This document shows, piece by piece, positions 35,686 to 46,000 of a DNA stretch of 64,000 bases; the stretch's first letter is position 1, and each line of letters opens with the position of its first letter. The position numbers and the translations under genes are program-made. The stretch is from Thermoplasmatota archaeon (lineage in GTDB: Archaea; Thermoplasmatota; Penumbrarchaeia; Penumbrarchaeales; Penumbrarchaeaceae), in NCBI GenBank assembly GCA_029762535.1, contig JARVGK010000007.1, forward strand, positions 39,420 through 103,419. The letters run 5' to 3'. Under the pieces are notes generated by a model that searched no databases, was not told the origin of the DNA, and was given only the letters and a program-made list of their open reading frames with translations.

Positions 35686-36633
35686 TCACTTCATGAAGGA
35701 AGCGCGGTATGCGATCTCGGCTATCTCGTCGATGTAGGTTATTATCCTGTTGAACGAATCGGCCACTTCCGCCCAAGCGATCGCGTTCTCGGCCCCGTCG
35801 TGTACCCGGTCTACCCATCGAAGCTCCCTGCAGGAATGGATCACGCTCTCGGACACCTCGGCATCCTTCTCCAGAAACGCCTTGACGGACCGGTCCAGTA
35901 TCTCCTGCAGCTGGAAGAACGCCGTATCGGGCGGGATCGGACCCTGCCCCGACGCGACCTTGGCCATATTCAATGCGTGGTCCGCGATCCTCTCGAGATT
36001 GTTGCTCACGGTCACGTAATTGCTGCCGTTGTCCCTGTATATTCCAAGCGTCTCCGAGTTCGATGAATCGTATAGAACAAGGTTGTAATGCCTCTTTATG
36101 AGCCAGTTGTAAAAGTTTACGCTGTGGTCCATATCCTCCATGTCGGGGATGCGGCCCTTGTCCCCCTCCATGCTCTCCACCGAAAGCCGGAGCATGCTCC
36201 GCGTCATCTTGTGCATCCTCTCGAGCGCCCTGACGGTGTCGTACCTGGAATAATCCAGAAGGTCCCTGGCGACGAGGCGGTCGGCCTCCTCCTCGACGAT
36301 CTCGAACCCGGTGATCCTGGACAGCACCGTTTTGATGTCGGACCTCAGCCTGTTCGGGTCCCTGTCCCCGAACCTGAAGTTTATGGCGGTGAACCCGGAT
36401 ATGTAAAGGCCGATTATCTTTCGGTAGAGGGTGTCGATATCGTCATCGACGACCATGTCATATTCCCTGGGATTGCGCGGCCTTCCGGGGATGTTGAGCA
36501 CCATGGTCCCGTCCCCCCTCAACGAGAGCTTCATGCTCTCCCCCTTGGACAGGCCGCTCCTGACAACCCAATCCTTCGGAAGGGATATCGTGAAGGTCGA
36601 GTGCCCTGTCTTCTGGATCTTTCTCGTATCCAT
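35686..36633 (-). CDS. AbrB/SpoVT-domain plus PhoU-domain phosphate uptake regulator
   Basis: Start taken at MDTRKIQKTGHSTFTISLPKDWV (AbrB-like swapped hairpin). PhoU repeat with NNLERIADHALN. The ORF-track start at 36798 would overlap the upstream gene. Confidence 0.8.
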   Translation of the reverse strand: MDTRKIQKTGHSTFTISLPKDWVVRSGLSKGESMKLSLRGDGTMVLNIPGRPRNPREYDMVVDDDIDTLYRKIIGLYISGFTAINFRFGDRDPNRLRSDIKTVLSRITGFEIVEEEADRLVARDLLDYSRYDTVRALERMHKMTRSMLRLSVESMEGDKGRIPDMEDMDHSVNFYNWLIKRHYNLVLYDSSNSETLGIYRDNGSNYVTVSNNLERIADHALNMAKVASGQGPIPPDTAFFQLQEILDRSVKAFLEKDAEVSESVIHSCRELRWVDRVHDGAENAIAWAEVADSFNRIITYIDEIAEIAYRASFMK

Positions 36634-36697
36634 GCGACCATATTCGCTATCAAGGTAGTTTATGATTGTCAATATATAATATATTGGACCATATATA

Positions 36698-37729
36698 CTA
36701 TGTATTATGCGGGGCCGCGAATTCGCGCGAGAAGAGCTGATTGATGGATATCTCGCATATGTCCTGCATGTAAGATACGATCCTGTCCATCGAATCAAGG
36801 ACGAAGGCGCAAGCGAGTGATGCCTGGGTCCTGTCGGCAGAAGCGAGAAGGGGGTCCCTTATCGCGCGGATGTTCCTCTCGAGATCGGCGCATTTATTTA
36901 CAAGGGAATCGGACATGGCCAGATCGCCCCTGTTGAACGCCTCCATGGCATTGTCCAGGATGCGCACCATGGCCGCGTTGATCCGGTTCATCCCTGATAG
37001 GTCCATGCCTTCCCCCACCGCGTCCCAGTATTTACCGATCCTCAGGACATGCCGGCTTATCCTCTCCAGACACCTCACAAGAAGAAGGTATCCCAGGGCC
37101 CCGTGGACCTTCATCTCCTCCTCGGTCTCGTCCCTGGATATCCTGGTGTAGTTCTTCATGATGAGGAGATGGAACCTCTGTATCTCGGCATATCTCTCCT
37201 CGAGCTCTCCGACGTTCGGAGCGTCCCCTCCTTTGCGGTCCGGGATGTACTTCATCATGCCCCTGACGATGAGATGGACCCTTCTCACCGACTGTTCGAA
37301 GGAGAATCTGCCCTTGACGGTGAGGTCCCTCACGATAACATGGTCCGAATCCTCCTCGATTATATCCAGACCGGTGAAGCTGGATAATATGGACCTGATC
37401 GAGTCACGGGACACTAAATCGTTCTCCTCCATATCGAGCCTTATGGAATCATATCCCGCCAGATAGGCCGCGGTGAAGGCCCGCAGGACGTCCTCCGGAT
37501 CCTTCCCGCGCATGTCGATCCTGTAAGGAGGGGTCCTGTCGACCGGGACAGAGATATCCAGGAGGGGCTTGAACAGTATCGTTCGGTCGGATACGGGAAT
37601 TATGTTCATGTTGTCGCCGTTCTTGAGCCCCAATCTCTCGACCCATTTCTTAGGGAGAGTAATGAGGAACGTGGAGTTGCCCGAGCACTGTATCCTTCTC
37701 ATCTCGGATAATACCTCATCCATACGCAT
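36698..37729 (-). CDS. AbrB/SpoVT-domain plus PhoU-domain phosphate uptake regulator (paralogue)
   Basis: Start [30 protein letters not shown] at 37729, overlapping the pstB2 stop by 1 nt (TGATG). PhoU-like helices (LERISRHVLRIG). Confidence 0.8.
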   Translation of the reverse strand: MRMDEVLSEMRRIQCSGNSTFLITLPKKWVERLGLKNGDNMNIIPVSDRTILFKPLLDISVPVDRTPPYRIDMRGKDPEDVLRAFTAAYLAGYDSIRLDMEENDLVSRDSIRSILSSFTGLDIIEEDSDHVIVRDLTVKGRFSFEQSVRRVHLIVRGMMKYIPDRKGGDAPNVGELEERYAEIQRFHLLIMKNYTRISRDETEEEMKVHGALGYLLLVRCLERISRHVLRIGKYWDAVGEGMDLSGMNRINAAMVRILDNAMEAFNRGDLAMSDSLVNKCADLERNIRAIRDPLLASADRTQASLACAFVLDSMDRIVSYMQDICEISINQLFSREFAAPHNT

Positions 37730-38484
37730 CACCCGAACTTCCCCGATATGTAGTTCCTGGTGTTCTCCGAGCGCGGGTTCTTGAAGACCTGCGCGGTCCT
37801 GCCGTACTCTATCAACTTTCCCAGGTGCATATACGCGACGTGATCCGAGACGCGGGCTGCCTGCTCCATGTTGTGGGTCACTATCGCCACGCAGTACTCT
37901 TTGGAGAGCTCCCTGATGAGCTTCTCTATCTTCGATGTTGAAATAGGGTCCAGAGCCGAGCAGGGCTCGTCCATGAGCAGGATCTCCGGGTCCATGGCAA
38001 GGGCCCTGGCGATGCACAGCCTCTGCTGCTGCCCGCCAGATAGCTCCGTGGCGTCCTCGTCGAGCCTGTCGCCCAGCTCCTCATCGAGGGCGGACCTCTC
38101 CAGGGAACTCTTGACGATCGCATCGAGTATGCTCCTCTTCCTGATACCTGCCATCCTGGGTCCATATGCTATGTTGTCATACACCGAGAATGGAAAGGGG
38201 TTTGGCTTCTGGAACACCATTCCCACCCTTCTCCTCAGGCTGACCAGGTCCGATCCCTTCGAATAGATGTCCTCGCCGTCAAGGATGATGGAGCCCTTGA
38301 CCCTGCACCCTTCGATGTGGTCGTTCATCCTGTTCATGCATCTTATGAGCGTGGATTTCCCGCATCCGGAGGGGCCTATGATCGCGGTGACCTTTCTATC
38401 AAGAACAGGGAGATCGACATCGTACAGAGCCTGCTTCTTTCCATACCATAGAGAGAGGCCTCTGACCGCCACCTTGCTGCTCAT
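37729..38484 (-). CDS. pstB2: phosphate ABC transporter ATP-binding protein, second copy
   Basis: [18 protein letters not shown] and LLMDEP. Closely parallels PstB1 along its whole length. Confidence 0.9.
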   Translation of the reverse strand: MSSKVAVRGLSLWYGKKQALYDVDLPVLDRKVTAIIGPSGCGKSTLIRCMNRMNDHIEGCRVKGSIILDGEDIYSKGSDLVSLRRRVGMVFQKPNPFPFSVYDNIAYGPRMAGIRKRSILDAIVKSSLERSALDEELGDRLDEDATELSGGQQQRLCIARALAMDPEILLMDEPCSALDPISTSKIEKLIRELSKEYCVAIVTHNMEQAARVSDHVAYMHLGKLIEYGRTAQVFKNPRSENTRNYISGKFG

Positions 38485-38550
38485 GCGGAAAAGCCATATG
38501 GAACACGATATTTGTATATGTTCAATATATTTTATATGCCAAACTATATT

Positions 38551-38560
38551 CTATATATTC
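38551..38560 (-). promoter_or_regulatory. GAATATATAG element (read on the minus strand) upstream of pstB2
   Basis: Lies 67 nt upstream of the pstB2 ATG in the same orientation relative to the gene as at pstS1. The plus-strand 14-mer TATATTCTATATAT at 38545..38558 is identical to 11945..11958. Confidence 0.3.
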
Positions 38561-39717
38561 ACAAGGGACTGATAGAGGTCCTCCATCCTTGCCGAAAGTC
38601 GCTCCATGGACCATTTGCGGGCATGTTCCAAAGCCTCGTTCGATACCCTATCCCAGAGATCAACATCGGTCAGCAGCTGCACCGTTCTCATCGAGAAATC
38701 CTCCACATCGTTCTCGACCATGAAACCCCCGTTGTCCCCTCCCATGAAGTATTTCGTCCCCATCTCCCCTACCGCAACAACGGGAGTGCCGCAGCACATC
38801 GCCTCCCCTGTGACGAGGCCCTGCGTCTCGGTGAGCGACGGGAACACGAACACGTCAGCTATGGTCAGCACGTTCTTCACAAGCTCCCGTGGAACGTATC
38901 CAGTGAAGGTGGCTTTCTTCTCGAGCCCCCTCCCCTTCACATCGGACCTCATCTCCTCGAGGTAAGGGCCGGATCCCGTCACGAGCAGATGGGCCTCGGG
39001 GACCTCCCCGACGACCTTCTCGAGCACCCCAACGAGCATGTCCACGTTCTTCTCCAGGCCCACCCTTCCGAGATAGGCCATGACCTTCTTTCCCTTCAGC
39101 TCCGGCCATTTCAAAAATAAGGGCGACCCCCTCTTCTCAGCCTCCTTGTCCGCACTCTGGAACTCATCGGCATCGATCCCCGTGGGAACGACGTGGATCT
39201 CCCCCTTTATACCGTAACCCTTGAGCACCTCCTTCATCTGAGGGGTGGGGGTTATCAGAAGGTCCGCCCTTTTAGACAGCCCTCTCATTATGGAGCGGGC
39301 GATCCCTCTGGAGACGGATGATGGCGCGAACGGCAGGTAGTGGCCGGCGTACTGCTCCCAGTGGGTGTGGAAGGTGACGGCCGTTGGCACCTTCCTCTTT
39401 TTGGCCCAGGCCATGGAGAGCCTTCCCATCTCGAACTCGGTCTGAACGTGGACGATGTCCGGACGGATCCCATCCAGCACCTTGAAGACACTTCTCCTCT
39501 CCCAGGGTAGGACAAGTCGGTCCTCCTTTGAAAAGAACAGCCCCGTGGATCGGAAGCGATGTGTGTTCCCATCGTCTAGATGATCCCCCGGATAGCGGGG
39601 GGCCAGAACGTGGATATCATGCCCTCTCCTGCGGAGGTACTTCCCGAAGCGGTCTATGGATGTGGCCATGCCGCTGACGCGGGGATGATAGTTGTCGGTG
39701 GAATATACGATCTTCAT
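38551..39717 (-). CDS. GT-B glycosyltransferase (GT4-like, Glycos_transf_1)
   Basis: N-terminal SGMATSI region and C-terminal FPSLTETQGLVTGEAMCCGTPVVA (the E-x7-E region). Confidence 0.85.
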   Translation of the reverse strand: MKIVYSTDNYHPRVSGMATSIDRFGKYLRRRGHDIHVLAPRYPGDHLDDGNTHRFRSTGLFFSKEDRLVLPWERRSVFKVLDGIRPDIVHVQTEFEMGRLSMAWAKKRKVPTAVTFHTHWEQYAGHYLPFAPSSVSRGIARSIMRGLSKRADLLITPTPQMKEVLKGYGIKGEIHVVPTGIDADEFQSADKEAEKRGSPLFLKWPELKGKKVMAYLGRVGLEKNVDMLVGVLEKVVGEVPEAHLLVTGSGPYLEEMRSDVKGRGLEKKATFTGYVPRELVKNVLTIADVFVFPSLTETQGLVTGEAMCCGTPVVAVGEMGTKYFMGGDNGGFMVENDVEDFSMRTVQLLTDVDLWDRVSNEALEHARKWSMERLSARMEDLYQSLVNI

Positions 39718-39734
39718 TCATCCCCCTCGATTTT

Positions 39735-40589
39735 CTAAAGTTCATCGCTCTCTTCATCCTCAAAAAAAACTTCAATGGGTCTTATATCGAGCCACTCGTT
39801 AATTTTATCTGAAAATCCCTTTCTCACCTGATGGTTATTAATATCCATTCGTATAATGAACTTATCATGATCCATCTCAAGATAATTCTTTAAATGCGAT
39901 CTCGAAAGATCCGTCATGATCCTTCTAACCTTTTCCCGCAATTGTGCCTTGCTTTTATCGCTAAAAGATTTATCGAGACACCCCAGAAGATTATGGACTA
40001 TACTTTCATAGCTGATCCATTCCGATTTAACCGAAGCCCATTTCAAAATACCTGCTATTGGTTTTTTTAACTCCTCTGGTGACGATTCCGGAACAGCCAA
40101 CAATTGAAAGGAAGGTTCTACTGTCCTGAAACCTTGCCAATTTTTTAGTATTATCTCCAGATTTCTATCATTTATCATTTCGATCTCAACATTAATGGGT
40201 GTTTCAACCTGGATCAGATTGTACCCTGGATATTTGTTTAATCCGAACTGGTCTGTTATCAAGAATGGATATCCGGCAGGGGACCTATCCCCTTCGATCG
40301 ATAGCACCCGTTTGATATAATCCCTTGGTTTACAGTCTTTATACTTTTTCATGACGTCTCCCTTCGATTTCGAAGAGGACAGGTCACAGATGCAAAAAAA
40401 TTCCTGAGAAAACCCGAATATATCAGGCGTCAAACCGTCATCTGTAGAACCCTCACACCAGTAATCCGAATACCCTGCTTGATAGAAAGGTCCCTCTTCC
40501 TCGCTGGTCTTGTGAAAAAGAAATATCCCTCTCCTCCATAGGTTTATCCTTCGCTGAGCATCATCAGGCAAATATTTCCACTCCATCAT
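39735..40589 (-). CDS. hypothetical protein, no recognisable family (AT-rich cassette, downstream gene)
   Basis: 284-aa ORF. Overlaps the upstream ORF by 26 nt. A sampled 60-nt line (39781) is about 35% G+C, against about 58% in the adjacent glycosyltransferase gene. Confidence 0.65.
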   Translation of the reverse strand: MMEWKYLPDDAQRRINLWRRGIFLFHKTSEEEGPFYQAGYSDYWCEGSTDDGLTPDIFGFSQEFFCICDLSSSKSKGDVMKKYKDCKPRDYIKRVLSIEGDRSPAGYPFLITDQFGLNKYPGYNLIQVETPINVEIEMINDRNLEIILKNWQGFRTVEPSFQLLAVPESSPEELKKPIAGILKWASVKSEWISYESIVHNLLGCLDKSFSDKSKAQLREKVRRIMTDLSRSHLKNYLEMDHDKFIIRMDINNHQVRKGFSDKINEWLDIRPIEVFFEDEESDEL

Positions 40590-41589
40590 GGTAAAGAGTG
40601 GACATCGTGCTGAGATATCTGGAGGATAGAGTTCCGAAACGTGGAGCGATATTCATACAACCTTTTTGCTCTGTCGATATATAGGAGAACTTATCAGCCA
40701 TGTCTATCTGGACGAAATCTCCGGTATGCAGGTCAACACCACTATATCTCGATAAGTCGTTTTCCATGCCATACTGTTGAAGCCAAAGCTTCATTTCTCC
40801 TCTACCTGTCTGTGATATCGAATCAAATCCCTCGCGATCGATTTTTGATGAGAACGTTACTTCAACAAAAGTGGGACGTTCCATGTTCCGTTTCTCCAGG
40901 TCTCTGAGGCTGCCACTGTAATGGTCTCCGATCGTGCTGATCAGGAAAAATGTCTCCTCCATGTCATCGGAGGCGGAAATTGTCATATGGCCGTTGTAGA
41001 ACAGTTCATATAATTGGCCGGGTCGTCCATGCTCGGACTTTCCGAATCTTGTCGAAGATATGGAAAATCGCTCTTTTATCCTTTCCAGAAGGTCATCCTG
41101 AACGTTGTTCTTTCCTATCCAAAATTTGGCTGAGAAATCCGTTCTATCGTTCCGTGGGGAAAAAATATCCCTGTACTTTATTCCAAAACCCCGGTTAACG
41201 AAACCTGTTCTCTTCTCTATACCCGTCATGAAACGTTGGGTGAACCAAGTCCTGTCCACACCAAGATTATTCGTAAAGTTCCTTTTTATCATTGCATTGG
41301 TCGCTTCGGTCGTGGAAAGAGTGAATATCTCCCAGATCCTGCTGTTGCGGGTATCGATCCAGAATAGATCGTTGCGGTACTTGATCTCATATAGGTTGCG
41401 GTCAATCAGTTCCATACCCGATAGGTCGACAACATGAGGAAGGACCTTTTCGTCCACTTCCAACCAGAACACCTTTATCTGGGGGTTTGTCCAAGGGCCA
41501 TATTTAGAATAAAAACTCACGTCCGAATTTCCGATAGAGGTTAGAAGGGAATACAGTTCCTTTCTATCCCTAACTCTTTTCATGGCCAC
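40564..41589 (-). CDS. hypothetical protein, no recognisable family (AT-rich cassette, upstream gene)
   Basis: 341-aa ORF. No P-loop, nuclease, TM or signal motif seen by eye. Has its own AT-rich upstream region. Confidence 0.65.
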   Translation of the reverse strand: MAMKRVRDRKELYSLLTSIGNSDVSFYSKYGPWTNPQIKVFWLEVDEKVLPHVVDLSGMELIDRNLYEIKYRNDLFWIDTRNSRIWEIFTLSTTEATNAMIKRNFTNNLGVDRTWFTQRFMTGIEKRTGFVNRGFGIKYRDIFSPRNDRTDFSAKFWIGKNNVQDDLLERIKERFSISSTRFGKSEHGRPGQLYELFYNGHMTISASDDMEETFFLISTIGDHYSGSLRDLEKRNMERPTFVEVTFSSKIDREGFDSISQTGRGEMKLWLQQYGMENDLSRYSGVDLHTGDFVQIDMADKFSYISTEQKGCMNIAPRFGTLSSRYLSTMSTLYHDGVEIFA

Positions 41590-41602
41590 ATCCCTTTTTT
41601 AG

Positions 41603-41620
41603 TTATACATCGTTGTATAA
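41603..41620. promoter_or_regulatory. 7-bp inverted repeat TTATACA-N4-TGTATAA upstream of the AT-rich cassette
   Basis: Lies 14-31 nt upstream of the 41589 start. A TTTAAATAGG TATA-like box (read on the minus strand) lies just beyond it. Confidence 0.4.
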
Positions 41621-41652
41621 TCATTGGCCTATTTAAAGGATATCGGGTGGTT

Positions 41653-42342
41653 TTAGAACCTTCCCCTCGCCCCTCCCCCGCCGGATCGCCCGCCGCCGAA
41701 ACCGCCCCCGCCCCTCCCCCCGAAGATCCAGAAGGGAAAGAGGAACACCCTGCCTTTGGTGAGGACGCTCACGGCCACGAATATAACGACGACGATAAGG
41801 AGCTGCCACCAGAGCAAGGGCAGACAAGGTATGGGATACCACGGTTCCTTGACCTTCGGGGGTTCACCTCCATATTCATCGATTATGATCCGACCTATGG
41901 CAAGGGTCAGGTCGTATATGCCCTCGTAGTACATGCTCGCATTAAGGTAAGGAACGAAACCCTCCATTGCCAGCCGGTTCACCCTCGCGTCCGGGAGAAC
42001 CCCCTCCAGGCCGTACCCCACCTCTACCCTCCACAGACCCTCGGAATAGGATATTAGTATCAGCAATCCATTGTCCTTCCCCTCCTGACCCAGCCCCGTG
42101 GCCTCGAACGTTCTCACGGCGAAGAGGTCGATCCCGTCTGGCTGGGTTTCGTTGACTATCAGTATCGCCATCTCCGCCCCCGTCCTTTTATAGACCTCGG
42201 AGCAGACGGATTCGATGTCGTATATCTCCTCATCAAAAAGCAGGCCTACCTGGTCGGTGACGTAGTATTCGAGAACCGGATAATCCCCAATGACGGATGG
42301 AAGGATGAGGATACTTATCAGGAACAGGGTGAGCGCTCTCAT
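41653..42342 (-). CDS. TPM-domain protein (YgcG-like) with C-terminal TM and Gly-rich tail
   Basis: Start at MRALTLFLISILIL. TPM pattern YVTDQVGLL...AILIV...NGLLILIS. Tail GGRGGGGFGGGRSGGGG. Begins 10 nt after the lemA stop. Confidence 0.8.
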   Translation of the reverse strand: MRALTLFLISILILPSVIGDYPVLEYYVTDQVGLLFDEEIYDIESVCSEVYKRTGAEMAILIVNETQPDGIDLFAVRTFEATGLGQEGKDNGLLILISYSEGLWRVEVGYGLEGVLPDARVNRLAMEGFVPYLNASMYYEGIYDLTLAIGRIIIDEYGGEPPKVKEPWYPIPCLPLLWWQLLIVVVIFVAVSVLTKGRVFLFPFWIFGGRGGGGFGGGRSGGGGARGRF

Positions 42343-42352
42343 CGCGGACCCT

Positions 42353-42940
42353 TCATATCCCAGGCTGGTTGGGAGCGGCCCCGGATTCGAAGTACGAACG
42401 CTTCTCGAAGCCGAAAGAGTTCGCAACGATAAATGCAGGGAACTGCCGGATCTTGGTGTTGTAGTCCTTGACGGCGTCGTTGTATCTCATCCTCTCGACG
42501 GTGATCCTGTTCTCGGTGCCCTCCAATTCCACGATGAGATCGCTGACCGCCTCTATGGATCCAAGGTAGGGGTAGGCCTCATAGGTCAGTATTATCGACC
42601 TCAACGCGGCATCCAGTTGGTTCGACGTCTCCACCTGCTCCTCGGTGGATCCCGCTTCCATCCACTGGGTCCTCAACGCCGTGACGTTCTGCAGGGTCCC
42701 GGATTCGAACTCCTGATAGCCCTCAACGGTCGCCACAAGATTCGGAATGAGATCGATCTTCCTCTGGTACTGGTTCTCGACCTGCGCCCATTGGTTGTCT
42801 ATCGATTCCTCCTTGCCCACGAGGTCGTTGTAGGTCCCCGCCGTCCAAACGACGGCGCCGATAAGGAAAAGGAATACGGCCCCCACGACCACGGCAGCGG
42901 CTATCAACCCCACTTTCGCGCTCATGATAACCACAATCAA
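42353..42940 (-). CDS. lemA: LemA family protein
   Basis: N-terminal TM, then YNDLV...QWAQVENQYQRKIDLIPNLV, typical of LemA. The LemA-TPM pairing is common. Confidence 0.85.
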   Translation of the reverse strand: MIVVIMSAKVGLIAAAVVVGAVFLFLIGAVVWTAGTYNDLVGKEESIDNQWAQVENQYQRKIDLIPNLVATVEGYQEFESGTLQNVTALRTQWMEAGSTEEQVETSNQLDAALRSIILTYEAYPYLGSIEAVSDLIVELEGTENRITVERMRYNDAVKDYNTKIRQFPAFIVANSFGFEKRSYFESGAAPNQPGI

Positions 42941-43059
42941 TAACTAATATAAAATCCCGAAGGCATAAATGCTAGTTCCGCAGCATTTACACATGTGTAC
43001 TGAAATGTTCAGGGAAATACCGAAAATTAATTAGCCGTAATGAAAAATCCAATCGGCAC

Positions 43060-46000
43060 ATGCAAATATCCGAAAAGGTGATGGAGATATGCAGCTCGAA
43101 GCTGACACGATCCCGGACGGTGAAAGGGCGGATGGAGTCCATGACCCATAGGACCGAAACTCGGCATGTTACGGCGATGACCCTCAAGGTCCTCGCCATA
43201 TCATTCGTAATGCTCTGCCCGATGTTCACCCACGGCAGCGCGGGGATCGATCCTCGACCCTCGTCCAGGATCGAGATCGAACTAGAGCATTACATCTCTC
43301 ACACCATGATCGAAGGCACCGCCCACAGGGAGATCCTCCTGATGGAAGGAGGGATCTCAAGGGCCGAGGGAGGATACCGGATCCCCTTCTATTCGCGAAT
43401 GCTGAGCGTTCCCGGAACGATATTCGATATCGATGTCCGATTCGAGGACCCCAGCACCTTCGACATTCCGGCGGCCCCCTGGACCACACCTTCGATAATA
43501 GGCCAACGCTCTGAGATCGACCCGGAATGGGATCCGAACTCTCATCTGAAAAATGTGCAAAGCTACGAGCTCATAGACCTCGGACGGAGATCCCCGAACG
43601 GGGATAGGCTCTACTCCCTAAGGCTTTACCCGTTGAGATTCCAGGGCGACGGGTCCTCGATCCTTCACAGCAAGGTTTTGATATCCATCGATCACGCCCC
43701 CCTTAATCCCGGCGCGTTCAACGCCGAGAGGAAGCCTTTCGGACCGATCGAATACCTCATCATCACCCACGAGGACCTCGAAGATGAGCTCATACCCTTC
43801 GCGGAATGGAAGTCGCAGAAAGGGCTGTTCACGAGGATACTCACAACAGAACACATCGGATCGGCATACGAGGGAGCGGACCTCGCCATGAAGATGAGGA
43901 ACTGTGTGATGGACATGGAACAGAGGTATGACCTCGACTATCTCCTCATCGTCGGGGATTACGATAAGGTGCCGACGAGATACACCTACAACGATTATGC
44001 ATACACCGCCTACGGAGAGCCTGGCTACTACGCCACGGACGGCTACTTCGCCTGCGTGGATGCGGGCACGACCTGGAACAAGGACAATGATGCGAACTAC
44101 GCTGAACCCGGAGAGATAGACGACCCGGTGCCGGACATGGCCGTGGCAAGGCTCGCCATAAACAGCCCATCCGTGCTTAGGTCCGTCCTCTCTGACCTGA
44201 TCCAAAGGGACAAGGAGCTGCCATACTCCTCTCACAACAACGTCCCGATATACATGGTTGGCAATCCCAATCCGAACCCCGGAGACCCGGTCGATGTCAT
44301 GGACCACTTCTGGGACACCTACGGTGAGGACGTTTTCGACGATAGGGAGACCATGCATTACGACGGCACGGGGACGATGAGCTTCTCCAAGTCCTCGGTG
44401 AAGATGGTGATGGACGACCGGCACCAGTTCATGGGATACTTCAGCCACGGAACGCCAACCGGCATCCCGAACCTCTACGACCGCAGCGATGTCTCCGATC
44501 TCTCCGGGAACGGCCATGCGGGGGTATTCTTCGCCATGGCCTGCTCCACCGGATGGTTCGATAAGCCAGGCACCGGAGCCAATTACTTCACGGGGGACTG
44601 CCTGGCCGAGGCCCTGACGGAAACCCCCGGAAAGGGCGTCGCGGGCTACATCGGGTCCTCAAGGCTGGCCGTGGGCCACATCGACACCGCATATTCGGGG
44701 GACGCTCCAGGACTGATGGAGGACTACTGGAGGGGTGTTGGGGAGGCCATGAACGGCAACCTGAACTCAACGTCAGGCGACATATACAGATACGCCATAA
44801 CGCGGTTCGCCTCCAATTTCCATCCTTTCCCCGGCGGGGCCTCGGACGGGTCCCTTCGCACGTACCTCGAATACAATCTCCTGGGCGAGCCCGACGCCCC
44901 GCTCATAATAAAGGAGCCCGAGCAACTCTCCCTCACCTTCGACCTCTCGCCGGACCTGACATACGTCAAGGCAAGGGTCAAGGACTCGGGAGGATCCCCC
45001 GTGGAAGGCGTCACCGTCACCATCAGCAGGCTCGGGGAGCTTGGGATCTCCGCATTGACGGACATACAAGGAGATGTCAACATCAGCATTCCGCCCTCGA
45101 ACGGCGGCAACATATCGATCACGGCATACAGAAGGGGGGACCTCCCCTCCACCTCATATTTCGAGCTGCCAGACGAACTCCCTCCGATCGCGATCCTCGA
45201 AATATCCCCGGAAGCCCCGGACGGGCTTAACGGATATTACAAGACCACGCCCGACCTCTTCATTGGGGCCGATGAGGAGGTCGAGGTCGAATACATCCTC
45301 GACGGGCAAGGGTCGGTCTTCTGCCCCGGCAACGAGGCGATCCCCCTTCACGACGGGGAACACGAACTCGCATACAGGGTCAAGGACCTAGCAGGCCACA
45401 GATCGGACTGGGACACTATCTCTGTAAAGATCGACACCACCCCTCCCGAACTGCGGATCGATACCGACCCGCATCTTCCAGACGGCCAAGACGGCTGGTT
45501 CAAAACAACGCCGGCCTTATCCCTTAACGCGAACGAGGAAATATTCGACGTAGGCTTGAGCATCGACGACGGTTTCTGGACCGGATACACACAGGACATA
45601 TATCTGGACGACGGAGTGACAAAGGTAGCTATCCAGGCCCGGGACGTCGCCGGGAACTGGAACACGACATCGAGGATACTAAAAATCGACAGCACGGCCC
45701 CGGTCTCATCCCTTTTCGTATCCCATTCACCTGACGGCCTGAACGGTTACTATGTCACCGCTCCCATGATCGAATTGAGGGCCCACGACCCCAACTCCCC
45801 GCAGCTGGAATACCGATGGGACGGCGGCGAGTGGAACGTATATCAAGACCCATTCGAGGCCCCGGAAGGCATACACGCTCTCGGCTACAGAGCAAGGGAC
45901 GCCCCCGGGAACGTCGAAGAGTGGAGAACGGAGGAGTTCAAGGTCGATACGGTCGGACCTTCCATTGGGATCGACATAGATCCCGAAGATACGAACGGGC

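Noticed and set aside
36698-38017. 439-aa ORF suggesting a much longer AbrB-PhoU protein. Likewise, ORF 35686..36798 has a 55-aa N-terminal extension.
   Set aside because: The first 96 codons overlap pstB2 in another frame and translate to Arg/Gly/Pro-rich nonsense. The AbrB-type N-terminus starts at the internal Met (37729), coupled to the pstB2 stop. The same logic puts the downstream paralogue's start at 36633.
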